Source: Escherichia coli (GTDB taxonomy: Bacteria > Pseudomonadota > Gammaproteobacteria > Enterobacterales > Enterobacteriaceae). Taken from it: a DNA stretch of 64,000 bases. Location: NCBI RefSeq assembly GCF_044324875.1, contig NZ_CP172186.1; one strand, written 5' to 3'. The position numbers were made by a program, and so were the translations under genes. The notes under the pieces were generated by a model, which had not been told where the DNA came from, searched no databases, and worked only from the letters and a program-made list of their open reading frames with translations. Below are positions 1 to 9,785 of this stretch, in pieces (the first letter of the stretch is position 1; each line of letters starts with the position of its first letter).

Positions 1-23
1 TGGAGAGTGTTTTATCTGTGAAC

Positions 24-914
24 TCAGGCTGCCAGATCATCGTTTCCGATGGAAGCATAATAAGCTTTTTCTGCTTCTGCCGGTGGGATATGGCCCAGCC
101 TTTCCAGCAATCGTCGATTGTTATACCAGTCCACCCACGTGAGTGTGGCCAGCTCCACTTCTGTCCGGTTTTTCCAGCTCTTACGGTGTATTACCTCCGC
201 TTTGTAAAGGCCATTGATGCTCTCCGCCATCGCGTTGTCATACGAGTCACCAGTACTTCCTGTTGATGCCAGTAATCCGGCTTCCTTAAGCCGCTGTGTG
301 TAGGCCAGCGATACATACTGAGAACCTTTATCACTGTGATGGACTGTGCCGGACGGTCGACGGGCCCATAACGCCTGCTCCAGAGCATCCAGCACGAATG
401 TCGTTTCCATAGACGATGAGACCCGCCACCCCACGATGTATCCGGCAAACACATCAATGATGAACGCCACATAGACGACCCCCTGCCATGTGCTGACGTA
501 AGTAAAATCAGCCACCCACAACTGGTCAGGACGTTCTGCCACAAACTGACGGTTTACGCGGTCGCCTGCGGCAACGGCTTTCCGGCTGACGGTAGTGCGG
601 ACCTTTTTACCCCGGAGAACACCGGCAAGTCCCATAACCGCCATGAGGCGCGCCACTGTACATCTGGCTACCCTGATTCCTTCCCGTAACAACTGACGCC
701 AGACTTTACGCACACCGTATACCTGATGATTCCCATCGTATACGCGCAGTATCTCTTTCTTCAGCCAGTCATCGCGCTGCGCACGGGCACTGCGTTTATA
801 AGGATGATGTCGCTGTTGCTGACAGTGGTAATACGTTGACGGGGCAATATGTAGTTCACTGCATACCGGTCCGACCCCGTACAGCTTACGCAGCTTATCC
901 AGCAGTGGCATCAC
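24..914 (-). CDS. IS3-family transposase OrfB (DDE integrase core)
   Basis: 296-aa ORF, one substitution relative to 25472-26362; HSDKGSQY...YDNAMAES motif. Confidence 0.9.
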   Translation of the reverse strand: MMPLLDKLRKLYGVGPVCSELHIAPSTYYHCQQQRHHPYKRSARAQRDDWLKKEILRVYDGNHQVYGVRKVWRQLLREGIRVARCTVARLMAVMGLAGVLRGKKVRTTVSRKAVAAGDRVNRQFVAERPDQLWVADFTYVSTWQGVVYVAFIIDVFAGYIVGWRVSSSMETTFVLDALEQALWARRPSGTVHHSDKGSQYVSLAYTQRLKEAGLLASTGSTGDSYDNAMAESINGLYKAEVIHRKSWKNRTEVELATLTWVDWYNNRRLLERLGHIPPAEAEKAYYASIGNDDLAA

Positions 915-1163
915 TTTTTCCAGAGGCGGTCGAACTCCGCCTTCGCAAAATAAGCGGAAGCCTGGCGAAGGATATCGTTACTGCGGCGCAGTTCACGATT
1001 TTCACGTTCCAGCTCTTTCAGACGCTGACGTTCAGCGGTGGTGAGCCCGCCATCACCGCCTCCGGTATCCCGCTCATGCTGGCGTACCCAGACACGCAGG
1101 GTCTCTGGCGTACAGCCAATCTTTGGAGCAATGGAACAAATTGCCGCCCACTGTGAGTCATAT
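911..1163 (-). pseudogene. 5'-truncated orfA of the IS629-like element
   Basis: Reverse complement matches the 3' two-thirds of orfA 25149-25475; N-terminal coding sequence absent. Confidence 0.7.
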
Positions 1164-1193
1164 GTAAGCGACTCGTCAGAACCGTATTGATAT

Positions 1194-2765
1194 TTACTGA
1201 GAGCTCAGATCAACTTTCCAGGGCAACAGATCGCGTACCCGGTTTGCCGGCCAGTCCTGGATATGTTCAATGACGTAACGCAGCCACTTTTCTGGCTCCA
1301 CATTGTTCAGACGGCATGTGCCGATCAGCGAGTACAACACCGCCGCATGTTCACCACCGCTGTCGGAACCCGCGAACATCCAGTTTTTCCGGCCTACGGC
1401 CACTCCCCGTAAGGCGTTCTCTGCGATGTTGTTGTCGATTTCCACCCAGCCATTACTGCAGTACACGTTCAGTGCATCCCACTGTTTCAGCAGGTATGCG
1501 AACGCTTTTGCCGTATCTGAGTGACGCGACAGTGTTTTCATCTGTTGCTGTATCCAGTCATACAGTGACTGCATCAGTGGCGCGGCTCTGGCTTTTCTTG
1601 CCGCCAGACGCTGTTCTGCTGAACAGCCCCGGACCTCTGCCTCGATGGCATACAGTTCACCGATACGCTGCAGGGCTTCCGTGGTGATGTAGGTGGGCGC
1701 TCTTGCATGCACATCGTGGATTTTTCTCCGGGCATGAGCCATACACGCGGCTTCCGTTATTCTGCCGGATTCGTATAACGCCCGGTAACCACCGTAAGCA
1801 TCGGCCTGAAGCACACCGCTGTAACCGGCCAGGTGATTTTGTGGATGGATACCTTTCCGGTCCGGACTGTACGCGAACCAGACCGCCGGGGGCATCTGTG
1901 AACCGGCGTTACGGTCATCACGGACGTAGACCCACAGCCGGGCTGTCCGGGTTTTACCGCTGCCCGGCTCCTGGACCGGGACGGGGATATCATCAGCATG
2001 GACTTTACCGGGCATCAGCACATACTGGCGCAGGACGTCATACAGCGGCTCCAGCAGTTCAGCAACAGCACCTGTCCAGCGCCCCAGTGTGGCACGGCTC
2101 AGCTCCACTCCCTGACGACGGTATATTTCTGACTGGCGGTATAACGGCAGATGGTCTGCATATTTCCCGGTGACAACATGGGCCAGAAGCCCCGCTCCGG
2201 CATAACTGCGTGCAATGGGTTTTGAAGGTACTGGTGCCTGCACGATATGGTCGCACCGGCAACAGGCCTGTTTCGGACGTTGTGTTTCGATAACCTTAAA
2301 GGCGCTGCTGATAAGCTCCAGTTGCTCTGACACATCACATCCCAGAGAACTGAGTTCACCACCACAGGCAGGACAGCATTCCTCTTCCGGCCGGATAACC
2401 CGGGTTTCACGGGGAAGTGAGGCCGGTAACGGTTTACGGGCTGAAGACTGGCGCAGGGCGGATGGCAGTACCGGGTCATATTGCTCACCCAGCGTTTCCG
2501 CCATTTCTTCCTGAAGTGCGCTGATTCGCTCCTGTGCTTCCTGTATCTGCCGTTCGGTTTTTGCACGAAGTTTTTCTGAGCTTTTACCGAACTGCATACG
2601 TTGCAGTTTCGCAACCAGCGCCTTCAGCCGGTTGATTTCGGAAGCATAAGCCGCCACCCGCTGTGAGAGCAGGCGGTTGTATTCAGCCATCTGGCGGATG
2701 GTGTCCTGTTGCGTCTGCAACAGTGCCCGCAGGCGGGCGTTCTCATGAGCAAGTGAGGTGTCCAT
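1194..2765 (-). CDS. tnpC: IS66-family transposase TnpC
   Basis: 523 aa, N-terminal coiled-coil/leucine zipper, CxxC zinc motifs, C-terminal DDE region. Confidence 0.9.
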   Translation of the reverse strand: MDTSLAHENARLRALLQTQQDTIRQMAEYNRLLSQRVAAYASEINRLKALVAKLQRMQFGKSSEKLRAKTERQIQEAQERISALQEEMAETLGEQYDPVLPSALRQSSARKPLPASLPRETRVIRPEEECCPACGGELSSLGCDVSEQLELISSAFKVIETQRPKQACCRCDHIVQAPVPSKPIARSYAGAGLLAHVVTGKYADHLPLYRQSEIYRRQGVELSRATLGRWTGAVAELLEPLYDVLRQYVLMPGKVHADDIPVPVQEPGSGKTRTARLWVYVRDDRNAGSQMPPAVWFAYSPDRKGIHPQNHLAGYSGVLQADAYGGYRALYESGRITEAACMAHARRKIHDVHARAPTYITTEALQRIGELYAIEAEVRGCSAEQRLAARKARAAPLMQSLYDWIQQQMKTLSRHSDTAKAFAYLLKQWDALNVYCSNGWVEIDNNIAENALRGVAVGRKNWMFAGSDSGGEHAAVLYSLIGTCRLNNVEPEKWLRYVIEHIQDWPANRVRDLLPWKVDLSSQ

Positions 2766-2784
2766 ATCCTCACTTTACAACGGG

Positions 2785-3132
2785 TTATATGCGGATTCCA
2801 GCGCGTTCCGTTCGTTTCGGGTGCTTCCAGTTGATACCTTCAAGAAGCATGGATAACTGAGCCGGAGTAAGGTGCACCTTGCCGTCACGGGTGACTGGCC
2901 AGACGAAGCGGCCCCGCTCCAGGCGTTTGGTGAAGAGGCACAGTCCGTCACTGTCAGCCCACAACACTTTTATCTGGTCACCCCGGCGTCCGCGGAAGAT
3001 GAACAGGTGTCCGGAGAACGGGTCATCCTTCAGGACGTTCTGAACTTTTGATGCCAGGCCGTTAAAGCCATTTCGCATATCGGTGATACCTGCAACCAGC
3101 CAGATACGCGAACCTGCAGGGAGAGATATCAT
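2785..3132 (-). CDS. tnpB: IS66-family Orf2 (TnpB)
   Basis: 115 aa, typical IS66 Orf2 size, start/stop coupled to neighbours. Confidence 0.9.
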   Translation of the reverse strand: MISLPAGSRIWLVAGITDMRNGFNGLASKVQNVLKDDPFSGHLFIFRGRRGDQIKVLWADSDGLCLFTKRLERGRFVWPVTRDGKVHLTPAQLSMLLEGINWKHPKRTERAGIRI

Positions 3133-3809
3133 CAGTGGCTGCTCCCTTTTATTTCGCGGATAAGTGTCTGTAATAACGCCGGCGTCAGTTTACCTTTAAG
3201 CCTGAGAGTTCCGGCCGGCAGAACCAGCTCACAACACAGACTGTCGGACGGTGTATTTATCTGCTCTGGTTCCTGTGCGGGGGCCGGGATTTTATTATCC
3301 GGCTCCGGCGTTAACGTCACGGGAAGCAGTGCCGGCATATTTTTTCCGGAAGGCAGCAGGCCACCTTTCCGGTATTGATGGCGCCAGTTGAAGAGCAGGT
3401 TATCGTTGATTCCGTTTTCCCGGGCGATCTGCGCCACACAGGCTCCGGGCTGCAGTGACTGCTCCACTAAGGCGATTTTAAACTCATAAGGGAAGTTGGG
3501 CCGCCGGGGACGTTTTTTTACCACGGGGGCTTCGGATATAACGGTGCTTTCAGGACGTACGACTGGTACCGTGGAAAATTGTCCGTAAAGGCAGGCATCA
3601 AGTTCCTGCTCCGACATGCCTGCGGGCAAAGGCCACGAAAGGCCAGCTCTCCGAAAGCGCACGAACATACTACAAACTGTTGATTTTGGTACACCCAGGC
3701 GACGCCCGGCCACAACCCGGGGTAAATGTTCTTCAAAGTGAAGACGTAAAGCTTCAGTGATCCAGGTCCGGTGTTTCATACGATAGTGTCCATTAAAAAT
3801 GATGGACAT
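3132..3809 (-). CDS. IS66-family accessory protein Orf1 (TnpA-like) with N-terminal HTH
   Basis: C-terminal half resembles IS66 Orf1 (PRRPNFPYEFKIALVEQ...); N-terminal part has HTH and an LSWPLPA motif also seen in IS21-type IstA. Confidence 0.6.
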   Translation of the reverse strand: MSIIFNGHYRMKHRTWITEALRLHFEEHLPRVVAGRRLGVPKSTVCSMFVRFRRAGLSWPLPAGMSEQELDACLYGQFSTVPVVRPESTVISEAPVVKKRPRRPNFPYEFKIALVEQSLQPGACVAQIARENGINDNLLFNWRHQYRKGGLLPSGKNMPALLPVTLTPEPDNKIPAPAQEPEQINTPSDSLCCELVLPAGTLRLKGKLTPALLQTLIREIKGSSH

Positions 3810-4085
3810 TATTTTTGTAGAGCCGGAGGAAACAGACCAGACGGTTTAAATGAGCCGGTTACTTCCCGACAGACGACTCGGTGAAAAAAGTGGTGTGGCT
3901 GGCAATCCAGTCTGCGTCCCGGAAATGGACGATGCCGTTGAAGGACTGGCGAATGGCAATGAGCCGCTTTATTATCGAGTTCGGTGACCGCCTGGACGGT
4001 CACTTCTGAGAAAGGCATTTACACAGAATCTTAAACAGGCTCAAGTGAAGCTAAGCACACAATCAATTCAGGTCTTTGACATCCT

Positions 4086-4152
4086 CCATCTTAACTTCCA
4101 AAGGGTACTCCCGCCGACATAAGGCGGGAGTACCCTTTGGAAGTTAAGATGG
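4086..4152. repeat. Perfect 30-bp inverted repeat with 7-nt loop (hairpin; candidate bidirectional terminator or protein-binding site)
   Basis: CCATCTTAACTTCCAAAGGGTACTCCCGCC-gacataa-GGCGGGAGTACCCTTTGGAAGTTAAGATGG read directly. Confidence 0.9.
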
Positions 4153-4296
4153 AAAACCGACATAAGAACCCTCTGTTATCCTGAAACTCTTATATTTATA
4201 TAACTTGTGAAGGCGTTATGCACACAACCAATCTTCGCAAAGTCGGCGTCTCGTTGACATCCTCCACGCCCTGACGAATGTGGAGGAATGTCAATA

Positions 4297-6570
4297 TTAA
4301 TGTCCGGGCCACTCCTGTTGTTCAGTGACGTGATGTGATATTTCTTCTTTAGCTGTAGCCTCATTCTGGAGGTTTGAAGTAAATATACGCTCCATTGTTT
4401 GTGCAACCGATGGTGGCATTTTTTCTTCCACACGTTCCTCTTCCGGACAACTCTGTGTGATATAGCATACGTGCCGTTCTTCCCGGGATGTGGTATTGAT
4501 GATGTGAACTGCCTTGTTCCACAGGCTGTTTCCCCGGGCAGAGATATCTGTATCATATTGCGGAAGCAGATCCAGCGATGTTTGTGTTTCGTTAAGCTGC
4601 TTCTGGAAGGTATCGATGATACGGTAAGGCTCTGTACGGTTTTTACGACGTTTACGGGATGGTTTTGCTGTCAGTACACCAATAATGCTGCTGACATGCT
4701 CCGGTGTGGGAAAACGGCGCTGCACTGTCCTGGGGACGAGACGGCGGAGACGCTCCAGGCGGGGGGCTTCAACGGAAATATAGCGGTTGATGACCACCGG
4801 ATCACTGTCGCAACTTTTCTCGCTGTCCGGAATATACACAGAGGCTGACGGCACCACATCCCCCTGGAAAACGGTAAAGAACTCACCGGCATTCAGTCTG
4901 ATCAAATCCTGCACGTCGATTTTGCTTTCCATCTGGATGGTGATCTGGTTACCGTCCACCCAGGACTCACCCATCACACCATCGTGGCGCTGCAGGCTGC
5001 CCATTCTGGCCCGAGCCTCTTCACCGGCGGCATTTTTCACCGTTCTTGCCGTTTTGTCGTCACTGACAATGCGTCCGGCGAATTTGGTGCCGGCGTTCTG
5101 CATCAGTGTGGCGGTGTTGGTGGCGGAGGTCTGCCCTTCAATTCGCTCCTGATCCTGCGCCATCATTATCAGGGAAAACTCCAGTGAACGTACCTGGGTG
5201 GCCTCCACAGCAATGCGGTCTGTGTAGTAGGCACCGACTTCGTCAAGGATACAGATATAGGGGAAGCGGCCTTTGTATTTTTTTACTTCCAGGGTCTGTG
5301 CGTCTGTGCCTTCCAGGCGGTAGCCCAGGTCACGGGCGAGGATCATGCTCTGCTGGGTGATGAACATACGACCGAGTGCCGACGTGGTATGGGCTGATGT
5401 GTCCAGTGCGGGGATCATCACAATCAGAATTCGGTCGCTGTGGATACTGTCGCGAATATCGATGTCGCCGGCATCTGCCGCAAAGACGTCCCCGAAGGTT
5501 TCGGCAAAGGTTGTGAATGTTTCCGAGAACTGACCGGAGAGATAAGCATGCTGTTTACGGGGCTCCTCAGTCCAGGCTGACGGCGTTCTCACCAGTGACA
5601 TATCGAATCCCGGAACGTCCTGCAGGTAATTTCTCAGTGGTGCGATGGCTTCTTCCGGCCACTGGTCATCAAGCCCACGGCAATAGAGTTTTGCCATACC
5701 TTCCAGCGTCATATGCTCCCGTAACATCTGCAGGGACATGGTTTTTCTTTCCCGGACGCACCAGAATTTTGTGCCAAAGACCAGGGCTTTGTTCATGGCT
5801 ATCGCCCGTGACTGCCATTCACCCCCCTGAACGTTCTGGGGAAGCATGGACTGCATGGTTTCGGCGGTGAAGGCTTCGGTGCTGAATGCGAACGGGTTCC
5901 AGGTGTTTGACTGTGGGCGGGATTTTTCGCCGCTCTGAATGATTTCACTGCGGGATTTTCCGCCGTTCATGAAGTTGATGACCTCGATATCATCCTCCCG
6001 GCCAAAACGTCGGGAGAGATACCAGATTGTCCTCGTGGTATCGTTCTGTGCCTTTCCGTCAACAAAGGTAAAGCCTCTTCCCCAGCAGAGAGGGTTGAGC
6101 AGCCAGGCAAAGGTGGTTTCTGTTTTACCGCCACCGGTGGTGGAAAAAAATATGATATGCCGGGTGAGGTCATCCATGCTCAGCCAGAGCTCACGACCGA
6201 TATCGTTGATACGGCGGTAACCGACATAAAAAATCCCCCGTGCGGGGGATGTTTCATCTGCTTCATACTGAAACAGGGTGGGCCAGAAGCTGAAGAGGCT
6301 TCGCCTGACCTTTCTGTCCTGGGAGGGGTCATCAAGGCTGAGCGTCATGGGCATACGCAGGGGGCATCGCCAGCGTTGCAGCGTGAATATCACGGAGGTG
6401 ACCAGGGTGAACAGCAGACAGACAGGAAGGGCCAGTGGCCATATCAGGGCCGTAATGATACTGCCGGCCAGACACAGACCAATGATGTTCAGGTTGTGCA
6501 GTGCATTCCACAGCGGGTTTCCCCAGGCCGTGCGGTGTATGAGGTCAGGATTAACGTGATGCTGGCTCAT
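4297..6570 (-). CDS. trbC: Type IV coupling protein, TrbC/DotL(IcmO)-like
   Basis: 757 aa, N-terminal TM helices, Walker A STTGGGKTET; last gene of a trbA-trbB-trbC unit as in IncI1. Confidence 0.75.
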   Translation of the reverse strand: MSQHHVNPDLIHRTAWGNPLWNALHNLNIIGLCLAGSIITALIWPLALPVCLLFTLVTSVIFTLQRWRCPLRMPMTLSLDDPSQDRKVRRSLFSFWPTLFQYEADETSPARGIFYVGYRRINDIGRELWLSMDDLTRHIIFFSTTGGGKTETTFAWLLNPLCWGRGFTFVDGKAQNDTTRTIWYLSRRFGREDDIEVINFMNGGKSRSEIIQSGEKSRPQSNTWNPFAFSTEAFTAETMQSMLPQNVQGGEWQSRAIAMNKALVFGTKFWCVRERKTMSLQMLREHMTLEGMAKLYCRGLDDQWPEEAIAPLRNYLQDVPGFDMSLVRTPSAWTEEPRKQHAYLSGQFSETFTTFAETFGDVFAADAGDIDIRDSIHSDRILIVMIPALDTSAHTTSALGRMFITQQSMILARDLGYRLEGTDAQTLEVKKYKGRFPYICILDEVGAYYTDRIAVEATQVRSLEFSLIMMAQDQERIEGQTSATNTATLMQNAGTKFAGRIVSDDKTARTVKNAAGEEARARMGSLQRHDGVMGESWVDGNQITIQMESKIDVQDLIRLNAGEFFTVFQGDVVPSASVYIPDSEKSCDSDPVVINRYISVEAPRLERLRRLVPRTVQRRFPTPEHVSSIIGVLTAKPSRKRRKNRTEPYRIIDTFQKQLNETQTSLDLLPQYDTDISARGNSLWNKAVHIINTTSREERHVCYITQSCPEEERVEEKMPPSVAQTMERIFTSNLQNEATAKEEISHHVTEQQEWPGH

Positions 6571-7669
6571 TGTGATTATCCTCGGTATCTGTGGCTTTCA
6601 GGAACAGGCTGACGGTAGTGGCGTCTTTCAGGATGCCGGACGGCAGGTGCCAGCCGGTATCGGATAACACCCATGGGGTACCGCCAAAACCGAACTGGCG
6701 GAAAGCCTGGTTATTGACATCGATGGCAGCACGAGCAGCGGTCAGACACTTTTCATCCGGTGCAGCCGGTGCATCGCCGGTGGGTGCCATACCACCGTCT
6801 GCGGAATACAGCTGATGCCATCCGGTCGCCCGTTTTTGTGCGTCCGGTTCACACAGCAGTGGCGCAGTCCGGTTTGTGCTGGCCTCTCCGCCGATTACGG
6901 AGACCGGATAAATCACCACGCTGAATTCCCGGGCCAGTTGCTTAAGCGCGGGCTCCAGAAGACGGCAGTTGATGCATGCGGGGTCAAGGAAGGCGTAGAG
7001 TGTGCGTTCATGACCAGTGGAGAGATTAATGGTGAACATACCCCGGTCCGCGTTGCGTTTAAGTACAGTGGCCAGATTACGGCGGGCTTCAGCGACCAGA
7101 GTATTTTTGTCTGCTGTTATCGCCGGGGTAGCGGATGTCTCCTGCATTTCCTGTGATGCCGGGTGAACGATTTCATTTTTCGTCTCTGACGGGGCTACTG
7201 ACCGGACAATTTCCTTGTCGATGTGTAATGGTGCTGTTTCTGTTACGGATTCTGTGACAGGTACCCTGAGAGGGGAATCGCTGTCCGGTTTCAGTAAAAT
7301 ATATCCGGCTGTTACCGCTGTCAGAAGTGCCAGCACTAATCCTGCACCGTATATCAGCCCTCTCATGAAGCTGGTTTTCCGGGCAGGAAGTTCTGCATAT
7401 GCCGCGCTCAGACAGCTGTCAATCGCGGAGAGCATTCTGCCGATGTGATGTCCGGGACGTTCAGTATCAACGGTATCAACAAGCAGTGTTTCGGTTATTT
7501 CACGAAAAGGGGTGCTGAAGGACAGGTGCATCAGCCTGTTATTACGGTTAATCAGTGCGCCCAGTTCTGTAACCGGCAGGATGGCAATAACCTCCTGACC
7601 ACCGTCAGGGTACAGGGCGGTCAGGGACAGGTGTTTATTGTTCAGTGTTGCAGTGTAGCGGATGGTCAT
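6551..7669 (-). CDS. trbB: TrbB, DsbC-like thiol:disulfide interchange protein
   Basis: 372 aa, TM/signal anchor, thioredoxin-type CINC (CxxC) motif; coupled between trbA and trbC. Confidence 0.65.
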   Translation of the reverse strand: MTIRYTATLNNKHLSLTALYPDGGQEVIAILPVTELGALINRNNRLMHLSFSTPFREITETLLVDTVDTERPGHHIGRMLSAIDSCLSAAYAELPARKTSFMRGLIYGAGLVLALLTAVTAGYILLKPDSDSPLRVPVTESVTETAPLHIDKEIVRSVAPSETKNEIVHPASQEMQETSATPAITADKNTLVAEARRNLATVLKRNADRGMFTINLSTGHERTLYAFLDPACINCRLLEPALKQLAREFSVVIYPVSVIGGEASTNRTAPLLCEPDAQKRATGWHQLYSADGGMAPTGDAPAAPDEKCLTAARAAIDVNNQAFRQFGFGGTPWVLSDTGWHLPSGILKDATTVSLFLKATDTEDNHNEPASR

Positions 7670-8982
7670 TGTGCTTTTTCCTTGTCGGCGGGATGCTGTT
7701 TTTCGGTGGTTTCGGTGGTTTCGGTGGTTTCGGTGGTTTCGGTGGTTTCGGTGGTTTCGGTGGTTTCACCAGTGTCAGTGTCTTCGTCGTTATCATGGCG
7801 GCGGGGTATCACGTCATCCGTGAGTGACCAGCGGGTCCTGATCTGACGTTTACGATCGCGATCTGGCTGAGGTTCGTCCCATATCAGGCCCAGCCCCAGC
7901 ATGTCCCGTCGAAGCCCTTCAATGGCCTCTTCCACACAGGGTTCCGGGCAGGGGAGGCCGAGACGGCTGGCTTCATTTTCTGCCCGGGCAACGGCCACCA
8001 CGCCGGCCCCTTCGATGAAGCCTTTTGTGGTGTTTGCCCGGTGAAGGGCATAGAAGAGCGTCCGGTCAACGCCCTTGAGCCACAGCCAGTTCGGAGGCGT
8101 CAGGCGCAAATCATGTGCGTAAAGCCAGACCAGACCGCTGCGAACGTAACGGTGCTGCCTGAGCCACTTTTGTGCGCCTTCTGTTTTGATGACCCGGATA
8201 AAGGCGTTTCTGGCCAGTGAATACACCGGCGTGCTGAAACGCCCCTGGTCCCGTTTACTTTTGAGCCTGCAGGAGAGATTGAGGTTGTTCATCAGGGCTA
8301 CCGCTGCTTTCCGGTCACCGAGGAAGAACTGCAGGCCAAAGATGGCAAAGAGCGCTTTTTCATGTGGGGCCATGTCTTTCCAGCTGGTCAGTGGTTGCCC
8401 CAGTTGCGCCATGAAGCACTGGCGTGTGGACGCAACATCGAGCTGCATGTTGCGGATAAGGTTGTTCTGCTCCACAAAGGCTTCGGGGGTTAGTGCGACA
8501 CGGCGCTCGGGACGTTTTTGTCCGTGGAAGAGTCTGTTGTTGTCTCCGTCAGCCAGAACGGGGGCGATCGCCGGTGACAGAGCTGAAAAAATATGGGGCA
8601 GTGTGTGGATATTCAGTGGCCTGCGGGTAAAACGGGGCTGGGCCGGATGGTGAAACCACATCCACAGAAAGCCGAATGTCATGGGAAGCAGAATCAGCCA
8701 GAGGATCCCCACTGTCCGGGACATAACATCCAGCCACTGGCTGAAAGTGATGGTTGCCGCGTTGTTAGCAGTGATGGCCAGCAGGTTGTAACGGGGGACG
8801 GCAAAGTTGTGAAAGGGCCCCCAGTCAATCATGCCCCACAGTGTGTGCAGGATCAGGCAGGAGGCGAAGACGATTTCAGGTAAAAAGCGCCAGATGATAA
8901 TCGCAAAGAGCAGGCATATGGCACCGACGATATACCATATAGCCATTGGATCTTCGGCGGCAGACGTCTGTTGGTAAGACAC
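7666..8982 (-). CDS. trbA: TrbA/DotM(IcmP)-like inner-membrane protein with C-terminal (TET)n acidic repeat
   Basis: 438 aa, several TM segments; position and size fit IncI1 TrbA. Confidence 0.65.
   Translation of the reverse strand: MSYQQTSAAEDPMAIWYIVGAICLLFAIIIWRFLPEIVFASCLILHTLWGMIDWGPFHNFAVPRYNLLAITANNAATITFSQWLDVMSRTVGILWLILLPMTFGFLWMWFHHPAQPRFTRRPLNIHTLPHIFSALSPAIAPVLADGDNNRLFHGQKRPERRVALTPEAFVEQNNLIRNMQLDVASTRQCFMAQLGQPLTSWKDMAPHEKALFAIFGLQFFLGDRKAAVALMNNLNLSCRLKSKRDQGRFSTPVYSLARNAFIRVIKTEGAQKWLRQHRYVRSGLVWLYAHDLRLTPPNWLWLKGVDRTLFYALHRANTTKGFIEGAGVVAVARAENEASRLGLPCPEPCVEEAIEGLRRDMLGLGLIWDEPQPDRDRKRQIRTRWSLTDDVIPRRHDNDEDTDTGETTETTETTETTETTETTETTEKQHPADKEKAQ
7701..7766. repeat. Tandem 9-bp repeat TTTCGGTGG x7 (coding, minus strand ACCGAAACC = Thr-Glu-Thr)
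   Basis: Seven perfect head-to-tail copies inside the 3' end of trbA. Confidence 0.9.
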
Positions 8983-9292
8983 GGGGATTCCTCCATAGAT
9001 GAATGGATAAATTTCGGGATTAAGTCGGGTGGCATGAATGCGAATCAGCGCCGGTAATAACCGGACAGGAATGAATTCAACAGGACATTTTTACAGAGAA
9101 GAGCGAACGGCAGAAGGTGGTGGGAGACAGGTACAAAAAAACCGACTGGTGAGGCCGGTTTTTTTGCGATTCCGGGGTGGAGTTGGTGGCTCTGACCGGA
9201 GGAAGTCTCTTTTCAGCTAACAATGAGAGAGCTGTTGTGACAGGCAATGTAAGAGTAAGCAGCAGTGATTTCCTCCATTGACGGAGAAACGG

Positions 9293-9376
9293 ATGATTAA
9301 CCTGTTAATCATCGTTCTCAGGGCGGTTGTTGCTGTGGCTAACGCAGTGATAGCTCTCCGGGAACTGGTTGACTGA
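9293..9376 (+). CDS. 27-codon hydrophobic peptide MINLLIIVLRAVVAVANAVIALRELVD (candidate type I toxin-like small membrane peptide)
   Basis: ATG 7 nt downstream of GGAGA; single predicted TM helix; hairpin 9399-9428 just downstream; below ORF-track length cutoff. Confidence 0.3.
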   Translation: MINLLIIVLRAVVAVANAVIALRELVD

Positions 9377-9785
9377 TAATCCCGGAAACGTACTTAAGGG
9401 CAGAGGGTCACCTCCTTCTGCCCTTTAACAAAATATGCTCAGGTTAAAAATCGAAAACCTTCCTGCACTTCCTGTGCCTGTTCCCGTGAGCCAAACATGA
9501 GCCGGCTTTTACCCGGAACTCCCCAGGAAATATATTCTACATCCACCCACCATTTTCCGTATTCTTCATACGGTCCGGATATCACTTTAGTGACAAATGC
9601 ATCAATCAGGTTCATTTTTACACCTTTCTGTTATTCTGCTTATTACGACCAGCAGACAGCAAATATTAAAAATAACGCGGCGGTAATGCGTATTCCGCTC
9701 TATTCGATCACGGATTGGCATCGAAGTCCGATCAGCGATTCGCATCCATTCGATCAACCGGGAACTTAACTTTTTCTACCGCTTT

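Larger units (their letters stand above)
1..1163 (-). mobile_element. IS3-family (IS629-like) element, partial copy: right end cut by window start, left IR and 5' part of orfA removed by the IS66-family insertion
   Basis: Near-identical to the complete copy at 25095-26404 in inverted orientation; homology stops at ~1163 where an IS66-type GTAAGCG terminus begins. Confidence 0.85.
1164..3850 (-). mobile_element. IS66-family insertion sequence (tnpA-tnpB-tnpC); right boundary approximate
   Basis: Three consecutive ORFs with IS66-family organisation; terminus at 1164 begins GTAAGCG; opposite inverted repeat not identified. Confidence 0.75.

Noticed and set aside
1316-2614. Several plus- and minus-strand ORFs (for example 1316-1687, 1703-2173, 2099-2614) inside the IS66 transposase region
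   Set aside because: They overlap a strongly supported transposase gene in other frames or antisense; taken as chance ORFs in GC-rich DNA. The same applies to antisense ORFs inside traU (21172-23807), the primase (37815-41842), the OMP gene (45232-46074) and pilQ (54951-55778).
3132-3809. Chimeric ORF from in-frame fusion of an IS21 istA 5' fragment with IS66 orf1
   Set aside because: A single 2.6-2.7-kb IS66-family element with a longer HTH-containing Orf1 is more parsimonious than a chance in-frame fusion; left at moderate confidence because the far IR was not found.
7701-7766. CRISPR-like or satellite array (9-bp perfect repeats)
   Set aside because: Units are contiguous with no spacers and lie in frame inside trbA, encoding a (TET)n tail.
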